Shown piece after piece: positions 1 through 13,420 of a DNA stretch of 64,000 nucleotides (position 1 is its first letter; each line of letters opens with the position of its first letter). The notes beneath the pieces were generated by a model that was not told where the DNA came from, did not search any database, and was given only the letters and a program-made list of their open reading frames with translations. The stretch is from Ilumatobacteraceae bacterium. Lineage in GTDB: Bacteria > Actinomycetota > Acidimicrobiia > Acidimicrobiales > Ilumatobacteraceae. The stretch is taken from the NCBI GenBank assembly GCA_963752815.1, contig CAVVZI010000001.1, positions 20,709-84,708 on the forward strand. Direction: 5' to 3'. Both the position numbers and the translations under genes were made by a program.

Positions 1-1
1 C

Positions 2-205
2 ATCGCCCGTGACGCCCGGATCATCGACTCGGTGATCCTTCCCGGAGCCGTGGTCGGAGCGGGGTCCTGCATCGAGCGATCGCTCGTGATGGGCGTCGTC
101 GGCGCCGGCGCCACGGTGATCGGGAGCATGATCGGCGCGGAAGGTCGCGTCGACGACGGTGTCCGTCTCGTCGACGGTGCCGTGCCCGAGCCCTCGCTGA
201 CCTGA
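2..205 (+). CDS. 3' end of an NDP-sugar pyrophosphorylase (mannose-1-phosphate guanylyltransferase-like), C-terminal left-handed beta-helix; 5' end lies outside the window
   Basis: Frame open from the window edge to TGA 203-205. The translation IARDARIIDSVILPGAVVGAGSCIERSLVMGVVGAGATVIGSMIGAEGRVDDG has hexapeptide periodicity. Context is GDP-mannose pathway genes. Confidence 0.5.
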   Translation: MARDARIIDSVILPGAVVGAGSCIERSLVMGVVGAGATVIGSMIGAEGRVDDGVRLVDGAVPEPSLT

Positions 206-240
206 TGGGCTGATCTGATGAGGCTGATGGGGTGCGGCCG

Positions 241-1143
241 ATGCGAGTAATGGTGATCGGGGGAGCGGGTTTCATCGGATCCCATCTGGTCGATCGACTC
301 CTCGCCGAAGGGCAGGAGGTCGACGTCGTCGACGATCTCTCCACCGGAAGCCTCGCCAACCTCGCCGAGGCCCGCGCCGCGGGAGGGCTGAAGATCCACC
401 ACCTCGATGCCGGCAGCGCCGATGTCGACACGGTGATCGGCATCCGCCGGCCCGACGTGATCGTGCTGCTCGCGGTACTGCCGCGGCCCGATCGGGGCAG
501 CGGACAGGTCGGCCCCGCGCTCGGCATGGTCACGACGATCCTCGAATCGTGCCGGCACCACGGGGTGGCCAAGGTGGTGGCGGCCGTTCCCGCCGCGGTG
601 CTCTACGGGCACCCCGCGTCGCAGGCGATTCCCGTCAAGGAGGGGGCGCTGATCCCGCGGGGCGTGAACGGCGTGGTGGCGCGTTCGACGATCGACCTGC
701 TCGAGATCTACCGCGACCGTGCGTCGATCGAGTTCACCGTCCTGGCATTGGCGTCGGTCTACGGTCCGCGCCAACGTCCGGACGGTGGCGTCGTCGCGGC
801 CTTCCTGGCCGCGGTCGACTCGAACAAGGCGCCGGTGTTGCACGGCGACGGGCGCCAGACCCGCGACTTCGTGTTCGTCGACGACGTCGTCGACGCCTGC
901 GTGCGGGCGTGCGAGCGAGGTGGTGGTCTCGTCATCAACATCGGCACGGGCGAGCAGACCGCGATCCGCGAGCTCTGGGACCACGTCGGTCGTACCAGCG
1001 GCTTGGCGCCGGCGGCCGGGCCGGCGCGGCACGACGATCTGGTGCGCTTCGCGGTGTCGCCCGTGCGGGCCCGGATCCATCTGGCGTGGTCGCCCTGGAC
1101 CGCTCTCGACGAGGGTCTGGCGCGGGCGCGCGCCGTCAACTAG
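241..1143 (+). CDS. NAD-dependent epimerase/dehydratase (extended SDR); possibly the 4-reductase/epimerase partner of Gmd
   Basis: ORF 232-1143. The N-terminus MRVMVIGGAGFIGSHLVDRLL carries a GxxGxxG Rossmann motif. The ATG at 241 gives a family-typical start. Confidence 0.85.
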   Translation: MRVMVIGGAGFIGSHLVDRLLAEGQEVDVVDDLSTGSLANLAEARAAGGLKIHHLDAGSADVDTVIGIRRPDVIVLLAVLPRPDRGSGQVGPALGMVTTILESCRHHGVAKVVAAVPAAVLYGHPASQAIPVKEGALIPRGVNGVVARSTIDLLEIYRDRASIEFTVLALASVYGPRQRPDGGVVAAFLAAVDSNKAPVLHGDGRQTRDFVFVDDVVDACVRACERGGGLVINIGTGEQTAIRELWDHVGRTSGLAPAAGPARHDDLVRFAVSPVRARIHLAWSPWTALDEGLARARAVN

Positions 1144-1152
1144 CGAATTCGG

Positions 1153-2116
1153 TCAGCTGATCGCGGCGAGCGTCGCGGCCGCGAGCGCTCTGGACCGGGC
1201 CGGTGTCGACATGATCGACGGCGTCGCCACGCAGCGCATCCCGGCGCCCTCGACGGCGTCGGCGAGGTGGGCGTCGACCTCGTCGACGACGAGCACCGAG
1301 GCGATCGGTTCGTACAGTCGCGCGACACCGACGACGCTGGCCTCGTGCCCCAACTCGACCATCATGTGGTCGGCGGGACCCTTCAGCGCGTGACCGCCGA
1401 CGATCGGCGACACCGCGACCACACGATCACGACGTGCGGCCAGGATGCCGTCGACGTCGGGCAGTGAACGGATCGGGCCGATCGACACCAGGGGGTTCGA
1501 CGGTGCGATCACGATCACGTCGGCCTGCTCCAGCGCCTGTCGGGCGACCGGGCTGCAGCCGGGCATCGCCTCGGAAGTGGACCGCGGTGACGGCGATCTC
1601 GTGGTGCAGGCGCACGAAGTAGTCCTGGAACGAGATCTCACCGTGTTCCGTCGTGTCGACGGTCGTGGCGATGCGATCGTCGGTCATCGGCACGATCGAG
1701 ATCGGGACGTCCCAGGCGCGGCGGACCTCGTCGGTGATCGCGGTGAGGGAGGCTCCTTCCGCGCGTCGGGCCGTGCGGTACAGATGGGTGGCGAGGTCGC
1801 GATCGCCGAGGTTGAACCAGCGGTTGGCGGCGCTCGAGCCGTCAGGTCGGACCAGTTCGTACCGCGCCAGCGATTCCATCGCCGTCCAGCTCTCGCCCAC
1901 GAGCCCCCAACCTCGGTCCGGGTCGATCGCCCCGGCGAGCGTGTAGGTCACCGTGTCGAGGTCGGGGGAGATCGACAGCCCGTGGATCTCGCAGTCGTCG
2001 GCGGTGTTGACGACGGCCGTGATCGCCGACGGGTCGTCGACGGCGTCCACGAGGCCGCGGAGGAAGCGGGCCGCGCCGACCCCACCGGACACGACCGCGA
2101 TCGTCGGCGTCGTCAT
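1153..2116 (-). pseudogene. cofD: 2-phospho-L-lactate transferase CofD/FbiA (F420 biosynthesis), reading frame broken by one extra base as sequenced
   Basis: ORFs 1427-2116(-) and 1153-1641(-) overlap in different frames. The N-part is MTTPTIAVVSGGVGAARFLRGL and the C-part is ADVIVIAPSNPLVSIGPI. The junction ...HFRGDARLQP|VARQALEQ lies at about 1549-1552. Length is 964 nt = 3n+1. The ATG at 2114-2116 overlaps the upstream GT4 stop (ATGA). Confidence 0.85.
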
Positions 2117-3222
2117 CGCGCGCTGATCTCCTCGTACAGGTCGATGAGGCGGTCAGCGGTGCGTGACCATCCGAATCGGCGGAGGTTGGCGCGGCCGCGA
2201 CGGACGAGCTTGTCGTGCATGTCGTCGCTCGTGACCACCCAGTAGAGATTGGCGGCGAGTGCGTCGGCGTCCATCGCGGTGCTCAGCAGCGCGGCCGGAC
2301 CGGCGATCTCCGGGATGGAACCAGCGGTGCTGGCGACCACCGGCGTGCCGAGTTGTTGGGCCTCGAGGATCGGAAAGCCGAAGCCCTCGTCGAGCGACGG
2401 GTAGGCGAGCGCCCGCGCCGTCGAGAGGAGCCAGTTCTTCTCGCCGTTGTCGACCGGCCCGACGAGCACGATCCGCGAGGCCGCGCCGGAGTCGAGACGC
2501 CGGATCGCCTTGTCGACGTTGGGCCGGTCGTTCCCGTCGGCACCGGCGATGACGAGGCGCACGTCGCGGTGATCGTGGGCGAGGCGTCCGAACGCGGCCA
2601 CCAGCGTCGGCAGGTTCTTGCGACGCTCGATCGTGCCCAGCGCCAGGATGAACGGCGCGCCGTCGACGTCGGGCAGGCCGGCCGGTCGGTCATCGGGCGG
2701 GATCGGCGGAATCGGTGGCGGACCGAGATGGATCGTGCGGATCCGATCGGTGGACAGCAACTCGCGGGCCTTGACCGTCGTGGCGTTCGACGAGGTGACG
2801 ACGTAGGTGCCCTCGGCGACGCGGCGGCGCAGGACCGAGGCGGCGCGGCGGACGTCGGCGTTGACGTCGCGAGGGTGTTCGAGGAACCAGCAGTCGTACA
2901 CGGACACGACGGACGCGCAACGCGACGGCGGCACCACGTAGTTCGTGCCGTGGACGACGTCGGGCCGGCCGAGGAACCGGTCGAGCGGCGGTGACGTCCG
3001 CGACCACATGCGGATGGCGGCGGCGGCAGGGAGTGGGAGCCGCCGTTGGGAATCCTCCCGCTTGGCCCGTGTGCTCGTGACGTACGGCTTGAGCGTCACC
3101 CCGCGCTCCGAGGCGCTGAGGGCGCCGACGATGCCGGCCACGGCGTGGCCGATGCCGGTGCGAGGCCCATGGAGCGGCGCGACATCGATCGCCACGCTGA
3201 TCGTGGTGGGCGCTTGGACCAT
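2113..3222 (-). CDS. Glycosyltransferase, GT4 family (GT-B fold)
   Basis: ORF 2113-3309(-). The C-terminal motif is EGFGFPILEAQQLGTPVVASTAGSIPEI. The internal ATG at 3222 (MVQAPTTISVAIDVAPL) fits the family N-terminus and leaves a 58-nt divergent gap to gmd. Confidence 0.8.
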   Translation of the reverse strand: MVQAPTTISVAIDVAPLHGPRTGIGHAVAGIVGALSASERGVTLKPYVTSTRAKREDSQRRLPLPAAAAIRMWSRTSPPLDRFLGRPDVVHGTNYVVPPSRCASVVSVYDCWFLEHPRDVNADVRRAASVLRRRVAEGTYVVTSSNATTVKARELLSTDRIRTIHLGPPPIPPIPPDDRPAGLPDVDGAPFILALGTIERRKNLPTLVAAFGRLAHDHRDVRLVIAGADGNDRPNVDKAIRRLDSGAASRIVLVGPVDNGEKNWLLSTARALAYPSLDEGFGFPILEAQQLGTPVVASTAGSIPEIAGPAALLSTAMDADALAANLYWVVTSDDMHDKLVRRGRANLRRFGWSRTADRLIDLYEEISAR

Positions 3223-3280
3223 GTGGGGCGTGAGCGTATCGGTGGTCTCCCGGCGACCGCATCGTAGACTCGTCTCCCTT

Positions 3281-4281
<1,001 letters not shown>

Positions 4282-4285
4282 CGCG

Positions 4286-4346
4286 GTTCGTTCTGGCCCC
4301 GACCCCGAACGAACTCAGTTCGTTTGGGGTCGGGGCCCAAACGAAC
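4286..4346. terminator. 61-nt nested palindrome filling the convergent gap between gmd and the flippase (likely bidirectional terminator)
   Basis: Arms 4286-4314 and 4318-4346 pair at 26 of 29 positions. Each arm also folds on itself (GTTCGTTC..GAACGAAC and GTTCGTTTGGG..CCCAAACGAAC). No U-tract. Confidence 0.5.
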
Positions 4347-4363
4347 CCAAGTCGTCCCCGGGT

Positions 4364-5689
4364 TCAGGTTTCGAAGGGCATGTCGGTGATCGCTTCCATG
4401 ATCGACTGCTGATCAGGCACGACACCGCTGCGCAGCCGCAGCTGGAGGGCGATCGCGAACACGATGGTGGTGATCAACGACGACAACACGAGCGCCACCT
4501 CGATGCTCCGGAACACCTCTTCCGTGTTCAACCACAGCGCCAACAGGAAGGTGACGACGCCGACGCCCCAGCCGACCGACACCAGCGCGTGGCCCTTGAG
4601 GGCGATCACCGCTTGGGCGATGGCGATCGACATCATGTAGCAGGCGCTGCTGAACGACAGCATGGCGAGCGTGCGTCCGCTGAGATCGACGTGGTACACG
4701 AGATCGATGACCCATTTGCCGAGCAGCAGCGAGCCGGCGACGCCGATGACGCCGATGCCCATCACGACGATGACCAGGCGCTTCAACCCGTTCCGGAACT
4801 CGAGCAGTTCCCCGCGCGCGGCGAGCCGGCTGAGACGCGGCAACAACGCGGCCTGCACGGCCTGGAACAGGAACAGCGGGATACGGGCGAGGAGCACGCC
4901 GTAGGAGAACGCCGACACGAGCGCATCCTGGTCCGGCTCGGCGAGGAGGCCGGCGGCGATCGGACCGGCATTGAGCAGCGTGGCGGCGAAGATCGAGCCG
5001 AGCAGCAACCACCCGAGGTTCGGGGTGATCTCGTTCCAGTCGGCGTCCGGGCCCGGATCGGTCTTCAAACCGCCCCGGCGGTAGACGTAGACGACCGCGA
5101 AGAGCGGTGACACGGCGATGACGAAGCCGTACGCCCCGACGGCGGTGATGCCGATGGCCGCGAACACGAGGCACAGCACGATGCGCACGACGCCGTCCGA
5201 GCCCATGATCACCGCGTATTCGGTGAATCGGCCGCTTCCGGAGCACACGCCGCGGGCGAGGTGCGCCGGCGCGTACCCGACGAACGTCAGGGCGAGCGCG
5301 GCGACCATGAACCAGTTGCCGTCGAAGTACGAGTTGGCGAGGAACGGGCTCACGAGCGCGGTGCAGAGCACTGCGATCCCGACCATGATCCCCCCGAGCC
5401 ACACGACCTTGCGGACCACGGGCTGCGAACCCTGCGCGAGCGCCCGGCGGTGCGAGATCGCACGGCCGAGCTCCTGTTCCAGCGGGAGGAAGAGCCCGGG
5501 AGCCAGCGCGAACGTCACGAACCAGAGCGACGCCAGCGGAGCGAACTCGTCGGGCCCACCGACCGCCTTCGTACCGACGCGGAAGAACGCATAGGTGGCA
5601 AAACCGGCCAGCAGCAGAGCGATCCCGACCGGAATCGTGCCTTCGGGCAGTGAGGTGCGCGCAGGAGCGGGAGGGACGACGGACGACAC
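4364..5689 (-). CDS. Polysaccharide/oligosaccharide flippase (Wzx-like, MOP superfamily) membrane protein
   Basis: 441-aa ORF with about 12-14 hydrophobic segments throughout, in a glycan-locus context. Confidence 0.7.
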   Translation of the reverse strand: MSSVVPPAPARTSLPEGTIPVGIALLLAGFATYAFFRVGTKAVGGPDEFAPLASLWFVTFALAPGLFLPLEQELGRAISHRRALAQGSQPVVRKVVWLGGIMVGIAVLCTALVSPFLANSYFDGNWFMVAALALTFVGYAPAHLARGVCSGSGRFTEYAVIMGSDGVVRIVLCLVFAAIGITAVGAYGFVIAVSPLFAVVYVYRRGGLKTDPGPDADWNEITPNLGWLLLGSIFAATLLNAGPIAAGLLAEPDQDALVSAFSYGVLLARIPLFLFQAVQAALLPRLSRLAARGELLEFRNGLKRLVIVVMGIGVIGVAGSLLLGKWVIDLVYHVDLSGRTLAMLSFSSACYMMSIAIAQAVIALKGHALVSVGWGVGVVTFLLALWLNTEEVFRSIEVALVLSSLITTIVFAIALQLRLRSGVVPDQQSIMEAITDMPFET

Positions 5690-5720
5690 GACTGACGAAG
5701 CCTAGCGAGGCGCTGTCCGA

Positions 5721-5942
5721 CTACCGGCGCAGTCTCTGGGACAGATCGCGGTGGCCGAGGCGCAGTCTTCGCATCCCGAGCACGGCGAAACCGACCGTGA
5801 CGTAGGTCACTTCCCGCACGCCGACGGCGGCCGTTCCGACGACGGTGCGGGTCGCCCGCCCGGCCTCGGAATCGAGCATCGCCGAGACGTCGAAACCGGT
5901 GAGGTCGAGATTGGTCGGGTCGAATCGCGGCCGAGGCGCCAT
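5721..5942 (-). CDS. Hypothetical small protein (73 aa)
   Basis: ORF 5721-6056(-), trimmed to the ATG at 5942 (MAPRPRFDPTNLDLTGFDVSAMLDSEAG...). No recognisable family, and it could be non-coding. Confidence 0.3.
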   Translation of the reverse strand: MAPRPRFDPTNLDLTGFDVSAMLDSEAGRATRTVVGTAAVGVREVTYVTVGFAVLGMRRLRLGHRDLSQRLRR

Positions 5943-6025
5943 GGCGGGAGCGTAGCGAGCCGGTGCCAGGCGTCGCAGCGGACTGACCCGTCGGTTCGAC
6001 AGCACACCGCTAGCCTCGATCAATC

Positions 6026-9000
6026 GTGGAACCGGAGACCGTGCACGTCGGTGCAACCGAGCATGCGCCCCCGGGAGCGGAGAGGGAGGCCGCGCAGGCG
6101 CCGCCCGTCGTTGCCGTCGTCGTGGTGCACGAACCCGAAGCGTGGTTCGAGGACACGATCGAGGCGTTCGCCCGCCAGAACTACCCGAACCTGCGGTTCC
6201 TGTTCCTCGTCGTCGACGATCCGACCGGCGATGCGGATCGCGATGTGGCCGGCGGAACGGCCGACGTCACGTTCGCCTCCGTCGAGTCGCGCATCACGGC
6301 GCGCCTGCCCGACGCCTTCGTCCGACCGGCCACCGGCAATCCGGGATTCGGCGCGGTCGCCAACGAGGTGCTCCGTCTGGTCGAAGGCGAACATGGCCTG
6401 TTCCTCGTCTGCCACGACGACATCGCCATGGACCCCGACGCCTTGCGGCTGATGGTCGAGGAGCTCTATCGATCGAATGCCGGCGCGGTCGGCCCCAAGC
6501 TCGTCGATTGGGACGATCCCCGGGTGCTGCACTCCGTCGGCATGGGCGTCGACCGATTCGGCGAGATGGACCACTCGATCGAGCTGGGCGAAGTCGATCA
6601 GGAGCAGCACGACGGCGTCCGCGACGTGTTCGCCGTGCCGAGCGCCTGCATCCTGATCCGCGCCGACCTGTTCCGCGAGCTCGACGGCTTCGACGAGACG
6701 CTGTCGTTCCACGGTGAGGACGTCGAGCTGTGCTGGAGGATCCACCACAGTGGGGCGCGGGTCGTGGTGGCGCCATCGGCCCGGGTCCGCCATCGCGAGG
6801 AGCTGCAGCGGCGACGACCCGACCTGCACCACACCCGCCTCGCGGCGCAGCATCGGATGCGCACGGTCGCCACACTGACCGGCGGGGCCCGTCTGCCCGG
6901 TCGCTCGGTCGAGATGGTGTTGCTGACGATGGCCGAGCTCGTCGTCGGTGTGTTCACGGCCACGTTCGGGCAGGCCTGGGCATCGCTGCGGGCACTCCTG
7001 GGCCTCGTCCCGCGCACCCCTGAACTGCTGGCCCGCCGGCGCGCGGTGAAGCCGCTGCGCCGCGTGCCCGAACGCGAGGTCGCCGGCCTGCAGGTCCGGG
7101 GGAGCGCCCGGCTCTCGTCGTACCTGCGCAACCGTGACGTCGCCACCTACGTGTCGCAGGACTCCACCGTGCGCCGGTGGCGCGACGGCACCACGGGCCC
7201 GGTGATCGCGTGGTTGTGCGTACTGGCCGGCCTGCTGATCGGCAGCCGCATCTTCTTCACCGAGGGCGTTCCGGCGGTCGGTGAGTTCCTGCCCTTTCCG
7301 CGCAGCCCGCGACTCCTGCTCGATTCGTTCCTGTCCGGTTGGAACGGCACGGGCGCCGGCGCCACCGAGGCGAATCCGACGGGTTGGGCGAGCCTCGCCG
7401 GTTTCGCACCGTTCACGCTGTTCCGCATGGGCCTGTTGCAGACGCTCCTCACCGTCGGGCTGCTCATCGTCGGCGTGGGCGGGATGTACAAGTTCGCCAC
7501 GATCTTCCCGTCGAGCCGGGCCCGCGTCGGTGCCTTCATCGTGTTCGCCGCGACCCCGTTGATCGGCGGCGCGATGGCCGGCGGCCGGCTCACGGTGCTC
7601 GTCGTCTACGCCGCGACGCCGTGGATCGTCCATCTGCTGCGCCGTGCCACCGGGCTCGAAACCGCCGATCCCGCCTCCGCCGTGATCGATCTGACCGACG
7701 GTATGGCCACCATCACGTGGCCCGAACGCGTCCGGCGGATCGTCGTGGCCGGGCTCGTCGTCGCGCTCGCCGCCGCCTTCGCCCCGATCGTGGTCCCGCT
7801 CACGATCGTCGTCGCCGCGTGCCTGGCGCTCGGCACCCTGTTGGCCCTCGCTTCGTGGCGGGTGGCCGCGTGGTTCGCGATCTGCGGCATCGGTGCGGCG
7901 TTCGTCGGGGTGCTGCTCAACGTCACCGTGGGTCGCCACGTGGTCGTGGGCCGAACTCGCCGGCGCGCCACCGCTCGGTGATCCCGGCCGGGGACTGCTC
8001 GCCCTGGCATCGTTCGAGATCGGGCCGACCGACCTCGCCGTGCTCGCCGTCGCCCTGTTCGTCCCCGTGGTCGTGGCGATCGCCCTGGCCAAGGCGTGGC
8101 GCCTGACCTGGGCGGTGCGTGCCGCCGTGCTGGTGATCGTGTTCGGCGCACTCGCCGTGCTCGGCGACCGCGGGACCCTGCCGTTCGACGTGCCCGAGGC
8201 CGGCGTGCTGCTGGTGCCCGTCGCGTTCGGCGTGTCGGTCTCGGCGGGAGCCCTGTTCGCCGGATTCGAGCTCGACGTGCGCGACGCCGGTTTCGGGTGG
8301 CGCCAGCCGCTCGGGATCCTGGCGATGGTCGCCGTCGTGGTCGGCGTCGTCCCGGGAATCCTGGCCATGGGCGACGGTCGGTGGAGCACGCCCGACACGA
8401 CCCTCGGCCGGTTGATGAACGCCTGGCTGGTCGACCAGCCGACCGACGGTGACTATCGGGTGCTGCTGCTCGGCGACTCGCGGGTGCTCCCGGTCCCGTC
8501 GACCGAGTATCGGGACGGATTGTCGTGGGCCATCATCGACGACGGTGATCTCGACGTCCGCGATCGGTGGGCCGCCCCCTCGACCCCGGCCGCGGACATC
8601 GTCACCGAGGCCCTCGACCAGATCTCGTCGTCGTCGACGCTGCGCGCCGGCCGCCTGCTCGCCCCGCTCGGGATCCGCTACATCGTCATCCCCGAGTTCG
8701 ACGGGGTCAACTCGACCACCGACGAGCCGATCGCCATCGCCGACGGACTCCCCGCCGCGCTCGACGATCAGCTCGACCTGTCCTCGGTGACGGGCGGATT
8801 CCCGACGTTGGAGATCTACGAGAACGGCGCCTGGCTGCCGACGGTCAGCCTGCTCGGCGGGGCGACGGCCGCGGCGAGCCAGACGGCGGGGACCGAAGCG
8901 CTGCTGCGTGCGGATCTCACCGATGCCGCGCCGATCATGCCCGGCGCCGACCAGTTCGACGTCGCCACCGCCGACGTGACCGCCGGCGTCGTCCAGCTCG

Positions 9001-9341
9001 GCGTGCCCTACGACCCGAACTGGGTCCTCAGCGTCGACGGCGCCGACATCGCGGCCCGCCGATCGTTCGGCATCAGCACCGCCTTCGACGTCGCCGCGCC
9101 GGGTGTCGCGGAGCTCCGGTACGACACCCCGACCGAGCGGGCGCTCCTCATCGGACTCCAGGTCGCGCTGTGGGCCGGAGCGATCTTCATCGCATTGAAG
9201 ATCCGGGTCCCGCGGGCGCGCCGAGTCCGTTCGTACGCCGTCGACGAGACCCTGATCGTGTTGCCGGCGGACGGGGATGTACCCGGGCCACCACCGTTCG
9301 TCGCGTCCGGCGGCACGGGCGCCGAGAGGGTGACGCCGTGA
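6026..9341 (+). pseudogene. Large glycosyltransferase family 2 protein fused to a polytopic membrane/extracytoplasmic domain (about 1104 aa), frame broken by one extra base as sequenced
   Basis: ORF 6026-7981 has a GT2 N-domain (VVAVVVVHEPEAWFEDTIEAFARQNYPNLRFLFLVVDD) followed by TM segments. ORF 7893-9341 continues the TM-rich protein in the next frame. The junction ...GVLLNV|PWVATWSWAELAG is at about 7925. Length is 3316 nt = 3n+1. Confidence 0.75.
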
Positions 9342-10804
9342 TCCGTCGTGCCATTCCGGCCCTGGTCGTCGTGATCCTCGGGTTGACCGCGTTGTTCGTG
9401 GTCGGCCGCGACACACCGACGGCGGATCCGGCAACGTTCGCGCTCCAGTCCGGGAGCTGGATGCCACACGTCAACGACACCGACAAGCTGACGGGCAGCT
9501 GGTTCTGCCCCGGAGTGCCGGCCTCCGGCGAGGAAGGGGTGGGTGGCGAGGTGGTCGTCTCGAACCGCGCCGGCGACCAGCTGGTCGGACGATTCAGCGT
9601 GCTCACGCCCGACGGCGTCGCCGCGACGCAGGACTTCACCGTCGAGCCGTGGTCGCGGAACACCATCGACGTCTCGGCGCTGGCCACCGCGCCGTTCGTG
9701 AGCGTCGTCGTCGAACTCGACGGCGGAGGCGGGCTCGTCGAGCAGCGCGCCCTCCACCCCGCCGGGAACTCGGTCGCTCCGTGCTCCAACGACACGTCCG
9801 ACACGTGGTACCTCGCCGACGGGTTCACCGTCGACGGCAGCGTGGAGTCGCTCATCCTGTCCAACCCGTACGACGACGTCGCCATCGCGCAGTTGACGTT
9901 CGCCACCGAGTCGGGCGAGTCGTCGCCGTCGGCCTTCCGCGGATTCCCGATCCCACCGCGCTCGGTGAAGGTGATCCCGCTCGCCGATCCCGCACTCGGC
10001 GTCCAGGACGAGCCGGTCATCGCCGTCGAGGTCACCACGACGACCGGCCGGATCGTGCTCGGCCGGGCCCAGCACTACCTGGGCGGTGGACGACTCGGCT
10101 ACGAGGTCACGCTCGCCGCCCCGGCGCCGCGGGACCAGTACTGGTTCGCCGACGGCGAGCAGGGTGACGGCATCACCGAGACGTACGCCATCTACAACCC
10201 GACCGATGCCGACGTCGACGTCGACGCCGTGTTCCTCGGACTGCCGGTCGAAGCGAACTTCGGCGGGATCCCGACGATCACCGTTCCCTCGCGCCGCGTG
10301 GTCGTGTTCGACCCGACCGACGAGCAATACGCCGGAACGGTGCCGGACGGGCGTCATGCCGTCGTCTTCTCGACGCTCGCCGAGCCCTCGATCGTCGTCG
10401 AACGGGCGCTCACGCGACCTGCCGACGACTCCGTGGCCACCTCGGTCGTCCTCGGGGCGCCGCCGCGCGAGGACGGTTTCGTCGCCACCCAGTGGCACCT
10501 GGGCATCGGGCCGAGCGACCCGACAACTGCCGCGCTCGTGGTCTACAACGTCGACAACGTCGATGGCACCGTCACCGTCGAGGCCGTCGGCCCGGGCGGA
10601 CCGACGGCGATCGAGGGGCTGAGCGACATCCCCATCGGGCCCGGCGCGGTGCTCACGATCGACCTCACGGCACCCGACGCGCTGAACCGTGAACTGATCC
10701 TCACGGCATCCAACCGGGTCTTCGTCGAACGTTCGCTCTCCCGCGGTGGCGACCTGTCCGGTCGGTCGAGTTCCTGGGCCGTGCCGTCGTCGGCCTCGTC
10801 GTGA
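9338..10804 (+). CDS. DUF5719-like secreted/membrane-anchored protein (conserved actinobacterial partner of the large GT2)
   Basis: The GTG at 9338 overlaps the GT2 stop (GTGA). An N-terminal TM anchor (IPALVVVILGLTALFVV) is followed by a roughly 460-aa beta-rich domain. The upstream 257 codons of ORF 8567-10804 are Arg-rich overlap junk. Confidence 0.6.
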   Translation: MIRRAIPALVVVILGLTALFVVGRDTPTADPATFALQSGSWMPHVNDTDKLTGSWFCPGVPASGEEGVGGEVVVSNRAGDQLVGRFSVLTPDGVAATQDFTVEPWSRNTIDVSALATAPFVSVVVELDGGGGLVEQRALHPAGNSVAPCSNDTSDTWYLADGFTVDGSVESLILSNPYDDVAIAQLTFATESGESSPSAFRGFPIPPRSVKVIPLADPALGVQDEPVIAVEVTTTTGRIVLGRAQHYLGGGRLGYEVTLAAPAPRDQYWFADGEQGDGITETYAIYNPTDADVDVDAVFLGLPVEANFGGIPTITVPSRRVVVFDPTDEQYAGTVPDGRHAVVFSTLAEPSIVVERALTRPADDSVATSVVLGAPPREDGFVATQWHLGIGPSDPTTAALVVYNVDNVDGTVTVEAVGPGGPTAIEGLSDIPIGPGAVLTIDLTAPDALNRELILTASNRVFVERSLSRGGDLSGRSSSWAVPSSASS

Positions 10805-10824
10805 CGATTCGTTAGCCTGCGTTC

Positions 10825-11280
10825 GTGGATCGGGTCGTCGTCGCCGTCGCCATCATCGCGGTGGTCGCCGTCGTCGCCGTGATCGCCCGCTCGCGGCGGA
10901 CACCCGATGCTCCGACGCAGCGGACGACCGCCATCCCCGACCAACTCGACCGGTCCGACTTCGACCGTCCGGACGCGCCGTGGCTGGTCGCCGTGTTCAG
11001 TTCGGCGACGTGCGACGTGTGCCGGAGCGTCGTCGACAAGGCGCGGGTGCTCGAGAGTCGTGACGTCGCCGTGGTCGACGTCGAGTACCTGACGGCACGA
11101 TCGTTGCACGAGCGCTATGCGATCGCCGTGGTGCCGACGTTGGTCGTGGCCGACGCCCGAGGTGTCAGCCGCGCCGGTTTCGTCGGGCCGATGTCGGCCA
11201 CCGATCTGTGGGCGGCCGTGGCCGAATGCCGGCAGCCGGGCACGTCGCCCGAGCCCGATCTGGGCCGTACCCGACCCTGA
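10825..11280 (+). CDS. Membrane-anchored thioredoxin-like protein (CxxC)
   Basis: 151 aa with an N-terminal TM segment (VVVAVAIIAVVAVVAVI). WLVAVFSSATCDVC is a thioredoxin-fold-like CxxC context. Confidence 0.5.
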   Translation: MDRVVVAVAIIAVVAVVAVIARSRRTPDAPTQRTTAIPDQLDRSDFDRPDAPWLVAVFSSATCDVCRSVVDKARVLESRDVAVVDVEYLTARSLHERYAIAVVPTLVVADARGVSRAGFVGPMSATDLWAAVAECRQPGTSPEPDLGRTRP

Positions 11281-11292
11281 CGCGAGGCCCCG

Positions 11293-13284
<1,992 letters not shown>

Positions 13285-13420
13285 GCTACGGGGCTTGCGG
13301 ATCGTTGACAGGCCAGGGTTCCCCGCAAGATCCACCCGCAACGTCCAATGGCAATTTCTGCCGCAATATCAAACCCGAGCATCCACCCCCAGTGCGATGG
13401 TCGCGTCATAGATTCACACG

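Noticed and set aside
4286-4346. 6C RNA (two C-rich hairpin loops)
   Set aside because: Only one C-rich loop exists per strand, the element is a perfect dyad between convergent genes, and there is no promoter-like sequence. It fits a terminator or palindromic repeat better.
6020-8398. 792-aa minus-strand ORF
   Set aside because: It is antisense to the GT2-membrane gene and has a low-complexity Arg/Gly/Asp/Pro translation. It is a shadow ORF.
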